A stretch of DNA of 64,000 bases, taken from the NCBI GenBank assembly GCA_965277715.1, contig OZ255836.1, positions 608,001 through 672,000 of the forward strand, read 5' to 3'. Below the pieces are notes generated by a model. That model saw only the letters and a program-made list of their open reading frames with translations. It had not been told where the DNA came from and made no database searches. Origin of the DNA: Gammaproteobacteria bacterium (GTDB taxonomy: Bacteria > Pseudomonadota > Gammaproteobacteria > JBCCGL01). Made by a program: the position numbers and the translations under genes. Below are positions 17,510 to 27,089 of this stretch, one piece after another. The first letter of the stretch is position 1. Each line of letters opens with the position of its first letter.

Positions 17510-18649
17510 ATGCATAAAAGCGTCCTTACATTTCAACCGGACGACTCACCCTTTACCCAAGGCCCTAATGAATCGTTTACCCTGCCTGCCCGTTACTACT
17601 ACGACAAAACGATTTACGAGGCGGAGAAGAGCGCTATTTTTTACCGTAGCTGGTGGTATGCCGGGCATAAGAGCCAGTTGCTGGAGGCGGGCAGTTATCT
17701 AACGGTAAAAATACACCAACAGAACGTCTTTGTGGTGCGTGATAAAGCGGGTGAATTGCGCGGGTTTTACAATGTGTGCCAGCACCGTGGCCATGAGCTG
17801 CTCAACGGCACCGGGAAGGCCACTCATATCGTCTGCCCATACCATGCCTGGACGTATGGTTTTGATGGCGAGCTGATTGCTGCGCGCAATAGCCAGCAGG
17901 TGAAGGGGTTTAATAAATGTGATTTCTCACTGAAGCCGGTTCGTGTCGAGCAGTTTTGTGGGTTGGTGTTTGTGAATCTGGATGCAGATGCAGTATCACT
18001 CAAACAACAATCGGGCAATCTTGAAGACGAGATTCGCCACTATTGCCCACGTGTCGATGAAATGGTGTTCGCGCAGCGCGATACCTATGATGTGGCGTGC
18101 AACTGGAAAACCATTGTCGATAATTTTCTGGAGTGTTACCACTGTCACGTAGCGCACAAGGACTTTGTCGATTTGGTCGACATGAACAGCTACCGAACCA
18201 AAACGCACGGCATTTATTCCGGCCAGATTTCCAGTGCGGTGCGCTCGGCAGATAACGCGGCGTTTACGGTTAAAAAAGGCGATGTCGATTTTGGTTATGC
18301 GGGCTGGTATCTGTGGCCCAATCTGACGATTTGGGCCTACCCTGGTGAGGCAAATTTATCCGTGTTGCAAATGACGCCCGCAGGCACTGAGCGCACCATT
18401 GAATTTCAGGATTGGTTCTTGCCCGGCACAACACCGAGCGAGCAGCAAAAAGCGGCGATGGACTACCAAAAAGAGGTACTACAACCTGAAGATATAGGGC
18501 TGTGCGAAAGTGTACAGCGGGGGCTGAGGTCTAACGGTTATAACCAGGGGCGGTTTATGGTCGATGAGGCGATGAGCGAACTGTCTGAGCACGCGGTACA
18601 CCATTTTCAGCGTTTGGTCATGCAGGCGATGGGCGTGGCAATGACGTGA
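17510..18649 (+). CDS. Rieske oxygenase alpha subunit (choline/carnitine monooxygenase-like)
   Basis: CQHRG and CPYHAW Rieske motifs, NFLECYHCHVAH Fe site; start re-called at ATG 17510 after GGGGAG. Confidence 0.9.
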   Translation: MHKSVLTFQPDDSPFTQGPNESFTLPARYYYDKTIYEAEKSAIFYRSWWYAGHKSQLLEAGSYLTVKIHQQNVFVVRDKAGELRGFYNVCQHRGHELLNGTGKATHIVCPYHAWTYGFDGELIAARNSQQVKGFNKCDFSLKPVRVEQFCGLVFVNLDADAVSLKQQSGNLEDEIRHYCPRVDEMVFAQRDTYDVACNWKTIVDNFLECYHCHVAHKDFVDLVDMNSYRTKTHGIYSGQISSAVRSADNAAFTVKKGDVDFGYAGWYLWPNLTIWAYPGEANLSVLQMTPAGTERTIEFQDWFLPGTTPSEQQKAAMDYQKEVLQPEDIGLCESVQRGLRSNGYNQGRFMVDEAMSELSEHAVHHFQRLVMQAMGVAMT

Positions 18650-18676
18650 TGGGCGCTCTGAAACCACCTCGTAGGC

Positions 18677-19426
18677 TTACTGTTTAATCGACGTTAAACT
18701 TAACCGCGCCACCAATGCCCCTTTCTTAAACTGCTCGATCTTTACCGGCACAAACCCCAGCGCCTTTGCATACCATATATGCACTTCACGGTTGCTGTTG
18801 CCGGTTCTGCGGACCACATGCCGGGCGGCGTAACGCCCCATGGGGGTTTCCACTGTTTCTGTGGTGGCAAATTTAAACTGTGTTATAGCCACCTTACCCC
18901 GGTTGAACAGAGACAGTTCAAGTGATGCGGGGTCGCTATTGGCCAATAGCTGCATGATATGAAACAGGCTCGATAATGGATCGTACACAGGCGGCGTACT
19001 GTTGAGCACGGTCTCGCTCTTATCGTCATTAGTGAGGGTGATTTGCCCTGTCGCGGGCCTGAATTTAGCGTTTTGATTGCGCCCCGGTTTTGCCTTTTGT
19101 TGAAAAAATGTGTAGTGCAGTGTTGTGAGCTGCGCCGCCTGATCTGAACCTGGCTGGCCCACTGCAAACAAGCTGGTTTCATGGGCATTGCCCCGGCTTA
19201 GCAGGCTGTATAACCCCGTGGGTTCCGTTGTCAATGCGGCCAGCCAATAGGCTTTTTTCCTGCTTAGTGACAAGCTGGCGTTGCCAACCGACTGTTGCCC
19301 GGTCGATACGGTGTAGTGCGCTTCAAAAGGGGTCAGAGTTGTTGCGTATGCCGGGCTGAATACGCCAGATAAACAACAAATCGACAGCAGGCATGTCAGC
19401 GGTAAGGGGTTAATTTTCATCTTCAT
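18677..19426 (-). CDS. DUF3108 domain exported protein
   Basis: Signal peptide, PFEAHY, WYAKALGFVPVKIEQ; usual position after purN. Confidence 0.8.
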   Translation of the reverse strand: MKMKINPLPLTCLLSICCLSGVFSPAYATTLTPFEAHYTVSTGQQSVGNASLSLSRKKAYWLAALTTEPTGLYSLLSRGNAHETSLFAVGQPGSDQAAQLTTLHYTFFQQKAKPGRNQNAKFRPATGQITLTNDDKSETVLNSTPPVYDPLSSLFHIMQLLANSDPASLELSLFNRGKVAITQFKFATTETVETPMGRYAARHVVRRTGNSNREVHIWYAKALGFVPVKIEQFKKGALVARLSLTSIKQ

Positions 19427-20066
19427 TCAGACCGAGTGGATTGTGAATTGGTTCATCGTCGAGCCAGGCAAGCGTACCATCGCTGCGTAAACGCCCGGCG
19501 GTAAACCAACCGATAACTTTGGGGTAAATTCGGTGCTCTGCCTGCAACACACGGGTGGCCAGTGATTCAGCCGTATCGTTTGGTTCAATGTTTACGGCTG
19601 CCTGTATTATCAAAGGGCCACTATCTAATTGGGGGGTGACAAAATGAACCGTTGCGCCGTGTTGTGAAAAACCCTGATCGAGGGCACGCTGATGGGTGTC
19701 GAGCCCAGGGAGTGCAGGCAGCAGTGATGGGTGGATATTGATAATGCGCCCTGTGTAGTGTTGAACAAAACCGGCTGTCAATCGGCGCATAAATCCGGCT
19801 AACACCAACAAATCGGGGGTGTGCTGGTCGATGCATTCTCTCAGGGCGGCATCAAACGTTTCGCGGGTTTCGAAGTGGCTATTATCCAGCGTATATGTGG
19901 GAATGCCGGATCTTGCGGCGCGCTGTAAACCGTAAGCATCTGCCCGGTTGCTGATAACGGCTACAATAGTGGCATCGATTGCCGGTGTACTACAGTGATC
20001 GATGATCGACTGAAGATTGGAGCCGCCACCGGATATCAAGACAACAATGCGCGGTGGTTGGTTCAT
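19410..20066 (-). CDS. purN: Phosphoribosylglycinamide formyltransferase
   Basis: [32 protein letters not shown]. Confidence 0.97.
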   Translation of the reverse strand: MNQPPRIVVLISGGGSNLQSIIDHCSTPAIDATIVAVISNRADAYGLQRAARSGIPTYTLDNSHFETRETFDAALRECIDQHTPDLLVLAGFMRRLTAGFVQHYTGRIINIHPSLLPALPGLDTHQRALDQGFSQHGATVHFVTPQLDSGPLIIQAAVNIEPNDTAESLATRVLQAEHRIYPKVIGWFTAGRLRSDGTLAWLDDEPIHNPLGLNEDEN

Positions 20067-21136
20067 CTGGAGATTATCGAGACACTGGGTGCGCTGTCAG
20101 CGTGTTCGGCCCGCTCGATAGTGCCGATGCGATAAGCTGTTTCGCCGCTGGCATTTAACCGCTCGATTGCCTGCCCTGCATCGCAGTCCGGGACGACGAT
20201 AACCATGCCAATACCACAATTGAGTGTGCGCAACATTTCGGTTTCGGCGATATTCCCCTGCACTTGTAGCCAGTCAAATAATTCACCACGCGGCCAGCTA
20301 CGCTGATCGATAACGGCCACACGCCCACGGGGCAGAGCGCGAGGCACATTTTCCAGAATACCACCGCCGGTAATATGCGCCAGTGCCCGTACAGTTACCG
20401 AACGCATTAGCGCCTGGAGCGGTTTGACGTAAATACGCGTCGGGGTGAGCAATGCCTCGCCGAGCGGGCGGTTATCGGTGGCGCCTGTAAAGGGCTTGTC
20501 GAGTGGGTGGTCGCCGGTGTCGAGTATTTTACGAATCAGCGAATAGCCATTGGAATGTGGGCCGCTCGATGCCAGGCCAATCAGGGTGTCGCCCACCGCA
20601 ATATCGCTACCATCGATAATCGCCTTTTTTTCGACAATGCCGACAGCAAACCCGGCCAGATCGTAATCACCCGCATTGTACATGCCCGGCATTTCAGCGG
20701 TTTCACCGCCAATCAGTGCCATCCCGGCCTGTCGGCAACCCTCGGCAATGCCCTCAATGACACCGCTGGCGGTATCGACATCCAGGGCACTGGTGGCATA
20801 GTAATCGAGGAAATACAGCGGCTCTGCGCCGGTGACGACAATATCATTGGCACACATCGCGACCAGATCAATGCCGATAGTATCGTGTTGGTCCAACATC
20901 ATCGCCAGTTTGAGCTTAGTGCCGACACCGTCGGTGCCGGATACTAACACCGGATTCTGGTAACCACTGGGGAGCTCGAACAAACCACCGAAACCACCGA
21001 TGCTGCCGAGAACCCCCGTTCGCAATGTGCTTCTAACACTGGGCTTTATACGCTCGACCAGTGCATTGCCCGCATCTATATCGACACCGGCATCGCGATA
21101 ACTAATGCCACTGGTGGGTGGGCTTGAGTCACTCAT
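20063..21136 (-). CDS. purM: Phosphoribosylformylglycinamidine cyclo-ligase
   Basis: [36 protein letters not shown]. Confidence 0.98.
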   Translation of the reverse strand: MSDSSPPTSGISYRDAGVDIDAGNALVERIKPSVRSTLRTGVLGSIGGFGGLFELPSGYQNPVLVSGTDGVGTKLKLAMMLDQHDTIGIDLVAMCANDIVVTGAEPLYFLDYYATSALDVDTASGVIEGIAEGCRQAGMALIGGETAEMPGMYNAGDYDLAGFAVGIVEKKAIIDGSDIAVGDTLIGLASSGPHSNGYSLIRKILDTGDHPLDKPFTGATDNRPLGEALLTPTRIYVKPLQALMRSVTVRALAHITGGGILENVPRALPRGRVAVIDQRSWPRGELFDWLQVQGNIAETEMLRTLNCGIGMVIVVPDCDAGQAIERLNASGETAYRIGTIERAEHADSAPSVSIISR

Positions 21137-21236
21137 GGGGCTTCCTGTTTCTATGCAGCGGCCTATACGGCTGCAAGGCTACGAAAAAAGCTGTTATTGT
21201 ACACCTCCTGTGTTCTGGACTGATTTGATTTCACCC

Positions 21237-22346
21237 ATGTATTTATCATCTTTCATAATGCGCCGCTGTTTAGCGCTATCGGTATTGGTTTCAGCTACCG
21301 TATTGTGCTCGCCGGTGTTGCATTGCGCTACTGTCAACGGCCTTTACAGCGCAGATGTCGCTGTGGCCGGGCAGGGTGCTGAAGAGCGACAGCAAGGCTT
21401 TCGCCTGGCCCTGGAAGCCGTGTTGATTAAATTGACCGGCAACATGACCGTTGCGGCAGGCGATAAGCTGAATGACCTGCTAGGCAAATCGCGCACCTAT
21501 GTAGCGCAATACCGCTACCGGGTGTGGGACGCAGATGCACTGCTGTTGTCGACAACAACCGCCGAACCAACCCATATCCTTGAAGTCAGTTTTTCACCTG
21601 ACAGCCTTGACCGCGCACTAAACGGGCAAGGGTTAGCGCTATGGGGCGCTGATCGACCGGAGACATTATTGTGGCTGGCCGTGCAGGCAACGAATAACCA
21701 CTACATTCTCGGCAGTGATGGCTCACCGCAAATACTTGAGTCGTTGCTGGGATCGGCACAAAAGCGGGGTTTACCTGTGCTGTTGCCGTTGATGGACCTG
21801 CAGGATCAGAGCGCCGTCGACTTCGCCGATGTAAAGGGAGGGTTTAGCGGGCGCGTGCAGCAGGCATCGGAACGCTATGGCGTCGATGCCATCCTCACCG
21901 GCAGTGTGCGGCAAACGGCATCGGCCTGGGTTTCAGACTGGGTATTGCAACACGCCGGGCACACATATAACTGGCAGTCCACGGGTGAAAACATTGAGCG
22001 CGTGATTGACAGCAACATGGAGCACCTGGCCAGGCAACTGGTGGCAGCGTTTTCTGCCGATGCCAACCCCTCGCAGGTTTCGGTTATCCGTCTCCGTGTC
22101 GATCGTATTGATTCGCTGGACGATTACGCGCAGTTACTCAATTATCTCAATGGGCTGGCCGCCGTTGAGAAAGCCAGCCTTGACGGGGTAACGGCGACCA
22201 CCAACGATTTTCGGTTGATAGTACCCGGCGGTATCGACAGCCTGCGTAACGCGATTGCGCTCGATGTTCTGCTGCAGGCATCTGACAGCGGTCAGAGTGA
22301 CCTCGCGGGTGATGAACCGCTGCTGTATTATGAGTGGGTGCAATAG
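21237..22346 (+). CDS. DUF2066 domain periplasmic protein
   Basis: LYSADVAV, LWGADRPETLLWL, RGLPVLLPLMDL; divergent from purM; start uncertain (21237 or 21258). Confidence 0.85.
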   Translation: MYLSSFIMRRCLALSVLVSATVLCSPVLHCATVNGLYSADVAVAGQGAEERQQGFRLALEAVLIKLTGNMTVAAGDKLNDLLGKSRTYVAQYRYRVWDADALLLSTTTAEPTHILEVSFSPDSLDRALNGQGLALWGADRPETLLWLAVQATNNHYILGSDGSPQILESLLGSAQKRGLPVLLPLMDLQDQSAVDFADVKGGFSGRVQQASERYGVDAILTGSVRQTASAWVSDWVLQHAGHTYNWQSTGENIERVIDSNMEHLARQLVAAFSADANPSQVSVIRLRVDRIDSLDDYAQLLNYLNGLAAVEKASLDGVTATTNDFRLIVPGGIDSLRNAIALDVLLQASDSGQSDLAGDEPLLYYEWVQ

Positions 22347-22361
22347 CCGCTGGCTGCCAGC

Positions 22362-23069
22362 TTGCGTACCATCAACCCACAATTGCCGTTAGTCGGTATC
22401 TCGCCGCGCATCGGCGAGCGGTTTAACAGCTTCTTCATCGGTGAAAACCACTTATTGGTAAGCCTGGCACGGGATATGGCTGAGCGGGGGAGCGAACAAC
22501 AACTGGGTATTTGGGGGGCGGCAGGTGTCGGTAAATCGCATTTGCTCAACGCTGTGTGCCATGCGGCCAGTGACTGTTCGCGCACCGCCACCTACCTGCC
22601 ATTAAGCGATTTGATCGATCGGGCGCCAGCGTTGTTGCAGGGGCTGGAAGGTGTCGATGTAATCGCCATCGATGACCTGGAGCGCTTACACGCCCGGCCT
22701 GAATGGCAGCGTGAATTGTTTAACCTGATTAACCGGGTTCGCCAGCAGGGCACCAGCGTTATTACTGCCTCGCAAAGCAACCCCGCCGCACTCGACTTAT
22801 TACCTGATCTGGTCTCGCGTCTGGTATGGGGGCCGGTTATGCGTTTGCAAAGCCCCAGCGGTGACACACTTGCCGATGCCCTACTGGCCAGGGCTGAATC
22901 ATTGGGGCTGACAATGCCTGTTGAAGTGGTGAACTACCTGTTGTCCCATTATTCCCGCGAACTGGGCCGGTTATTTACAGTGCTGGATGACCTCAATCGC
23001 GCTTCACTGGTTGAACAGCGCAGGTTGACTGTGCCGTTTGTGCGGTCAGTGTTGAGGGGTAATCGGTAG
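22362..23069 (+). CDS. hda: DnaA regulatory inactivator Hda
   Basis: Clamp-binding QLPL, GAAGVGKSHLL, IDDLE, LPDLVSRLVWG. Confidence 0.93.
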   Translation: MRTINPQLPLVGISPRIGERFNSFFIGENHLLVSLARDMAERGSEQQLGIWGAAGVGKSHLLNAVCHAASDCSRTATYLPLSDLIDRAPALLQGLEGVDVIAIDDLERLHARPEWQRELFNLINRVRQQGTSVITASQSNPAALDLLPDLVSRLVWGPVMRLQSPSGDTLADALLARAESLGLTMPVEVVNYLLSHYSRELGRLFTVLDDLNRASLVEQRRLTVPFVRSVLRGNR

Positions 23070-23119
23070 CGTTGATGTGTTTTATTGTATGTCGTTACGC
23101 ACTATTTTCCGGTGAGCGA

Positions 23120-23250
23120 ATCGCATCGATCTGAACGATTCGTCAATCAGCGGCCTGTTGTCAGAATGCCGCCTGAAAAGGTCTGCGTTAATCCGGTGCG
23201 CGATGAGCCAGGTCATATTGACCACGATGCCTCTGTCAACTTCTGCAAGG
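23120..23250 (+). mobile_element. Remnant of an IS3-family transposase C-terminus
   Basis: SERFVNQRPVVRMPPEKVCVNP...SVNF resembles the PERFV..P..P..V.INP tail recalled for some IS3 transposases; no DDE core. Confidence 0.5.
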
Positions 23251-23267
23251 TTGGCAGGCTTACTCAG

Positions 23268-23459
23268 TTACTCAATTAAATTACCTTCTGCATCATAAAA
23301 AGGATAGGGGCCTTCGTATTCACCAATAAAACTAAGATGCCCTACCAGGTGCGTACCGTTCCAATGTAGAAGCTTGATGGCTCTCGGTTCAAGCCTGAAA
23401 GCGGAAGGGCCAGAGGGGTTGATATCAAGCGCTATCGAATGACAGGGGCTGGGATCAAA
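23268..23459 (-). pseudogene. C-terminal fragment of a CpdA/GpdQ-like metallophosphoesterase
   Basis: Reads PSPCHSIALDINPSGPSAFRLEPRAIKLLHWNGTHLVGHLSFIGEYEGPYPFY; 5' part absent. Confidence 0.65.
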
Positions 23460-23527
23460 TCATCAAAAAGAAAATAAGCGTACTGATTGAAACCCGAAAG
23501 CTGCGCTTTCTACTGCCAGATGCCCGA

Positions 23528-24841
23528 TTAACCAATCGTATACACAAGCCCCGCTCCCAAAACAGAAGAAGCCGCTAATACCCGTGAAATTGACCAGCGC
23601 AGTTTGAAGATCATTACCGCGCAAAGTGTCGTCAGCACTATCACCCGTAGATCGATTGAGGTCAGATCGGGCTGCCACACGGTAAGCAGCCCGTATTGTT
23701 GTATCGATACAGATTTAAACACGACGTGCAGCGCAAACCAGATTGATAGGTTGAGTATGACACCCACCACCGCCGCTGATATAGCGGTAAGTGCACCCTT
23801 TAATCTGGGCCGGCTACAGATCCACTCGATATGGGGTGCACCTGCAAAGATCCACAGGAAGCAGGGCACAAACGTTGTCCATAGAGTGATGGCAGCGGCG
23901 GTAAGACCGAGCATTAAACCACCTTCCCGGTAGGCGGCGATAAAGCCGACAAATTCTGTTACTAGAATCAACGGCCCCGGTGTGGTTTCGGCAAGCCCTA
24001 ATCCATCCATCATTTCCCCGGTGGTTAACCAGCCATGCTCGCTCACCACCGCCTGCCCCATGTAGGCGAGTACTGCGTAGGCACCACCAAAGGTGACGAC
24101 TGCCAGGCGGGAGAAAAAAGTGCTTATTTCGAACAATATAGTTTGTGCGTAAAAGTAGTCGATAGCCACGAGCGGCAGTATCCAGATAGCCAGCCAGAGG
24201 GCGACTGTACTCGCCAACTGAGACCAGGATCGATTGGCTCGGTGGGTTTCGGTTTCTATATGGCTATCTACCGCCCCAGGTTTTAGAAAAAAACCAAACA
24301 TTGCCGCAGCCAACACAATCAGTGGGTAGGGTAATGACATAAAAAAGATACCGACGAATGCCATTGCCGCGATTACCCAGTAGGCCGCGCCTTTAAGTGC
24401 GCGCCTCGAAACACGCAGCAGTGCCTCAAGCACAATAATCAATACCGTGGCTTTGACGCCGAGAAACAGGGCATTGATCAGTGGCACATCACCCAACGTT
24501 ACATAGATGATAGCCAGGGTCAGCACGACTATTGCCCCTGGGAGAACAAACAGCAATCCGGCAAGCAGGCCGCCCAGCGTGCCATGCAAACGCCAGCCAG
24601 CGTAGGTGGCAAGCTGCATCGCCTCTGGCCCTGGCAGTAACATGCAGAAACTCAGGGCATTGAGAAATTTTTGTTCACTCAGCCAACGCTTGTGTTCGAC
24701 AAGCAATCGGTGCATTAAGGCTATTTGTGCCGCTGGGCCACCAAATGACAGGAACCCAATCTTTGCCCAAAGGTGCACCGCCTCGCGGAAGGTTGGCTTA
24801 CGGGCGCGCTCAGCACCCGCTTCTACGGTGGTATTGACCAT
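23528..24841 (-). CDS. chrA: Chromate efflux transporter
   Basis: SFGGPAAQIA, LPGPEAMQLA, TFGGAYAVL, ETTPGPLI. Confidence 0.95.
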   Translation of the reverse strand: MVNTTVEAGAERARKPTFREAVHLWAKIGFLSFGGPAAQIALMHRLLVEHKRWLSEQKFLNALSFCMLLPGPEAMQLATYAGWRLHGTLGGLLAGLLFVLPGAIVVLTLAIIYVTLGDVPLINALFLGVKATVLIIVLEALLRVSRRALKGAAYWVIAAMAFVGIFFMSLPYPLIVLAAAMFGFFLKPGAVDSHIETETHRANRSWSQLASTVALWLAIWILPLVAIDYFYAQTILFEISTFFSRLAVVTFGGAYAVLAYMGQAVVSEHGWLTTGEMMDGLGLAETTPGPLILVTEFVGFIAAYREGGLMLGLTAAAITLWTTFVPCFLWIFAGAPHIEWICSRPRLKGALTAISAAVVGVILNLSIWFALHVVFKSVSIQQYGLLTVWQPDLTSIDLRVIVLTTLCAVMIFKLRWSISRVLAASSVLGAGLVYTIG

Positions 24842-24858
24842 TGTTTAGCACCTCACCA

Positions 24859-25671
24859 CTACTTAGAGGGTGCAGGCCAGTCATGCCTCTCGCCTGTTGC
24901 ATCACGGCACCACCGGTAAAAGGCGTCATACAGCATCATGCTCGCATTGAGTTGGGTTAAGTCGTCCCGGTACATACGGGATAAACCCAGGGATGCGGCA
25001 AGCAGGCCCGCCGACTGAGGTGTCAGGTTATGCCGGTCTGTGTCTGCACCGCGTACCACGGCGGCAAGGCGTTGCAGTGGTTCAGTGTCGAGTCCAAATT
25101 CTTCAATCATAGTGTCAAACGTGCATTGATCCCCCCGGTGTGTCCAGAACACGCCTTCGACATCGAAGGGGGCTGCGTTGAATTTGTCTGCGACAGCCAG
25201 GACTTCAGCGGGTGCCACAAATAAAAATTGGGCGTTGGGATCGATGAAACGGCGAATCAGCCAGGGGCAGGCAATGCGGTCAATTTTTGGCCGGTGCCGG
25301 GTGACCCATACGGTGCGGTTGTGTGCATTGACCGGTGGTAGCTTTGCCTGGGGCACTAATGGCAGGCCAGCATCCCGCCAGCCAAAATGGCCACCTACCA
25401 GACTTTCTGTTTGAATGCCGTGATCCCTCAGTAGCGCGGCTGCGCCCTGGCTGATTTTTTTGCCTTTTTGGCAATACACCACCACAGATTTACCCGTCAG
25501 CGCGGGCGCTAATGCCTCGACATCGCGAAAAGGGTGTCGAAATGCGGTGGGGAGTAATTGTGGATCGTCGTCAAAATCCCCGTCGATACGGACATCGATA
25601 AGGGTGGGGGCGGTAGGGGTGCCGATAAGACGGGCGAGTTGAGAAACAGTAATGTCAGTGGGTGATGGCAA
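24859..25671 (-). CDS. chrB: Rhodanese / chromate resistance ChrB-domain protein
   Basis: N-terminal rhodanese domain (IDVR..VVYCQKG) plus WVTRHRPKIDRIACPWLIRRFID; TTG start after GGAGG. Confidence 0.88.
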   Translation of the reverse strand: MPSPTDITVSQLARLIGTPTAPTLIDVRIDGDFDDDPQLLPTAFRHPFRDVEALAPALTGKSVVVYCQKGKKISQGAAALLRDHGIQTESLVGGHFGWRDAGLPLVPQAKLPPVNAHNRTVWVTRHRPKIDRIACPWLIRRFIDPNAQFLFVAPAEVLAVADKFNAAPFDVEGVFWTHRGDQCTFDTMIEEFGLDTEPLQRLAAVVRGADTDRHNLTPQSAGLLAASLGLSRMYRDDLTQLNASMMLYDAFYRWCRDATGERHDWPAPSK

Positions 25672-25760
25672 GATGCATCCTCCTTATTTAAGGTAAATAA
25701 AGGTTAATGTTGGATGCGAAACTTGAGCTGGCGCCTCACGGGGTGGTCGCAACCCCATGC
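25672..25760 (-). promoter_or_regulatory. Structured 5' leader of chrB (candidate chrB RNA motif)
   Basis: GGGGT-TGCGACC-ACCCC hairpin, then GTGAGGCG, then GCATCC..CCTTTATTTA/TAAATAAGG..GGATGC pairing over the RBS. Confidence 0.6.
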
Positions 25761-25791
25761 GGTGAATAGTGCATCAGTCCTGTGTTGTCTG

Positions 25792-26121
25792 TCAACCGAC
25801 CCAGCTCACTATCACTGACAAACTGACACTGCCGGCTAAAACCCCTGCAAATAACATGCGCCGAAAAACGAAATAAGCGATAAATGCAATGGCGATTGCA
25901 GTACAGCGAATCGGGAGTGAGACGTTGGCCAGTTCGCTTTCTGGCATGATCAACATGCGAAATATCAACCCCGCGACCATTGCGTAGGAGACGCAGGTAA
26001 TCCATTCAAAAACAGCACCGTCCGGGTCGATTTTTTTTACCGCAACAGCGGCCAAAAAACGCCAGAAAAAGGTCGCTGCCGAACACCCCAAAACAATCAA
26101 CCATAATGTTTCGCTGTTCAT
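25792..26121 (-). CDS. AzlD-domain membrane protein
   Basis: Start re-called at 26121 (ATGA overlap); TFFWRFL, CVSYAMVAGLI. Confidence 0.8.
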   Translation of the reverse strand: MNSETLWLIVLGCSAATFFWRFLAAVAVKKIDPDGAVFEWITCVSYAMVAGLIFRMLIMPESELANVSLPIRCTAIAIAFIAYFVFRRMLFAGVLAGSVSLSVIVSWVG

Positions 26122-26840
26122 GACAGTACGCGTTTTATTGTGGGTATTCTGCTCAGAAAGAACCCCAGGCTTCCCCCCACAACGCCGGTAAGCAGTAGGT
26201 CGATGGAGGGAAAATATTTGTGGGCCAGTGGTACTGTCAGGCAGCCAAGCAATAGTGCCGCCCGCTCTCCGGGTTTGGAGGCTGAGGATAATACCAATGC
26301 AAAAAATAGCGGGCTTAAAAAAATCAACCCCAATATCACAGATGGAGGCAGTACCGCCGAGGCGTGATAGCCGAGTAAAGTGCCGATAATAGCGGCGCTC
26401 AAAATTGTTGTAGCGAACACCACGTAGTACAAAGGGCGGTATGCCGGGGCCACTTCTGGAAATTGTCGCAGGCACATTGCCCAGGAATTAATCGACAGCA
26501 ATTGCGCGTATAAAATTAATGCGGGGAGCCTGGTTTTTTCGCGTGTCATCGCCGGTATGAACGATACCACCATGGGAAAGAAACGGGCGTTAGCGAGTGA
26601 GCAGGCAAAGATAATTGCGATGGTGTTTTGCCCTGTTGCGGTGAGCTCCAGCATGGCAAGCTGGCCGGGTAAACCCCAGATTAGAGCGGTGGCCAGTGCC
26701 GCCATTTCAGGGGCAAAACCAACGCTGCGTGCCAGTGAGCCAAACCCCATCATTGTTGCCAGTAAAATAAAGGCGGGCAGCGAGAGGGCGGCTACAATGG
26801 CTTTTAGAAAGACGTGGCCAGTGCCACTGGTTTGCATCAT
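26118..26840 (-). CDS. AzlC-family permease
   Basis: WGLPGQL, ANARFFPM, multiple TM helices, paired with the AzlD-like gene. Confidence 0.85.
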   Translation of the reverse strand: MMQTSGTGHVFLKAIVAALSLPAFILLATMMGFGSLARSVGFAPEMAALATALIWGLPGQLAMLELTATGQNTIAIIFACSLANARFFPMVVSFIPAMTREKTRLPALILYAQLLSINSWAMCLRQFPEVAPAYRPLYYVVFATTILSAAIIGTLLGYHASAVLPPSVILGLIFLSPLFFALVLSSASKPGERAALLLGCLTVPLAHKYFPSIDLLLTGVVGGSLGFFLSRIPTIKRVLS

Positions 26841-27037
26841 AAGTGTGTCTACTGTGTGTTACCGATGGAAAGAGGCGGGTGGTGTATGGAATGGCTTGAG
26901 GGGGTAAATATCCAGCAAGTATAGCCTCAGGTTGAAGGCAGTAGGTATAGTGGTTTATCTGGGTTCTGTTTTTATATAGGTAGTGTCGGGTGTTATGAGG
27001 TTTCGCTGGGGATGTTTTGGTGTATCTCTTTTCGTAT

Positions 27038-27054
27038 TTGGCATATCAATTGCT
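27038..27054 (+). promoter_or_regulatory. Sigma54 promoter upstream of the fliK-like gene
   Basis: TTGGCATATCAATTGCT, GG-N10-GC spacing. Confidence 0.75.
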
Positions 27055-27089
27055 CTTGCTAAGACCATACAAACCAGTGTCCAGTTTAC

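Noticed and set aside
26122-26475. Long N-terminal extension of the AzlD ORF
   Set aside because: Overlaps azlC; ATGA coupling supports a start at 26121
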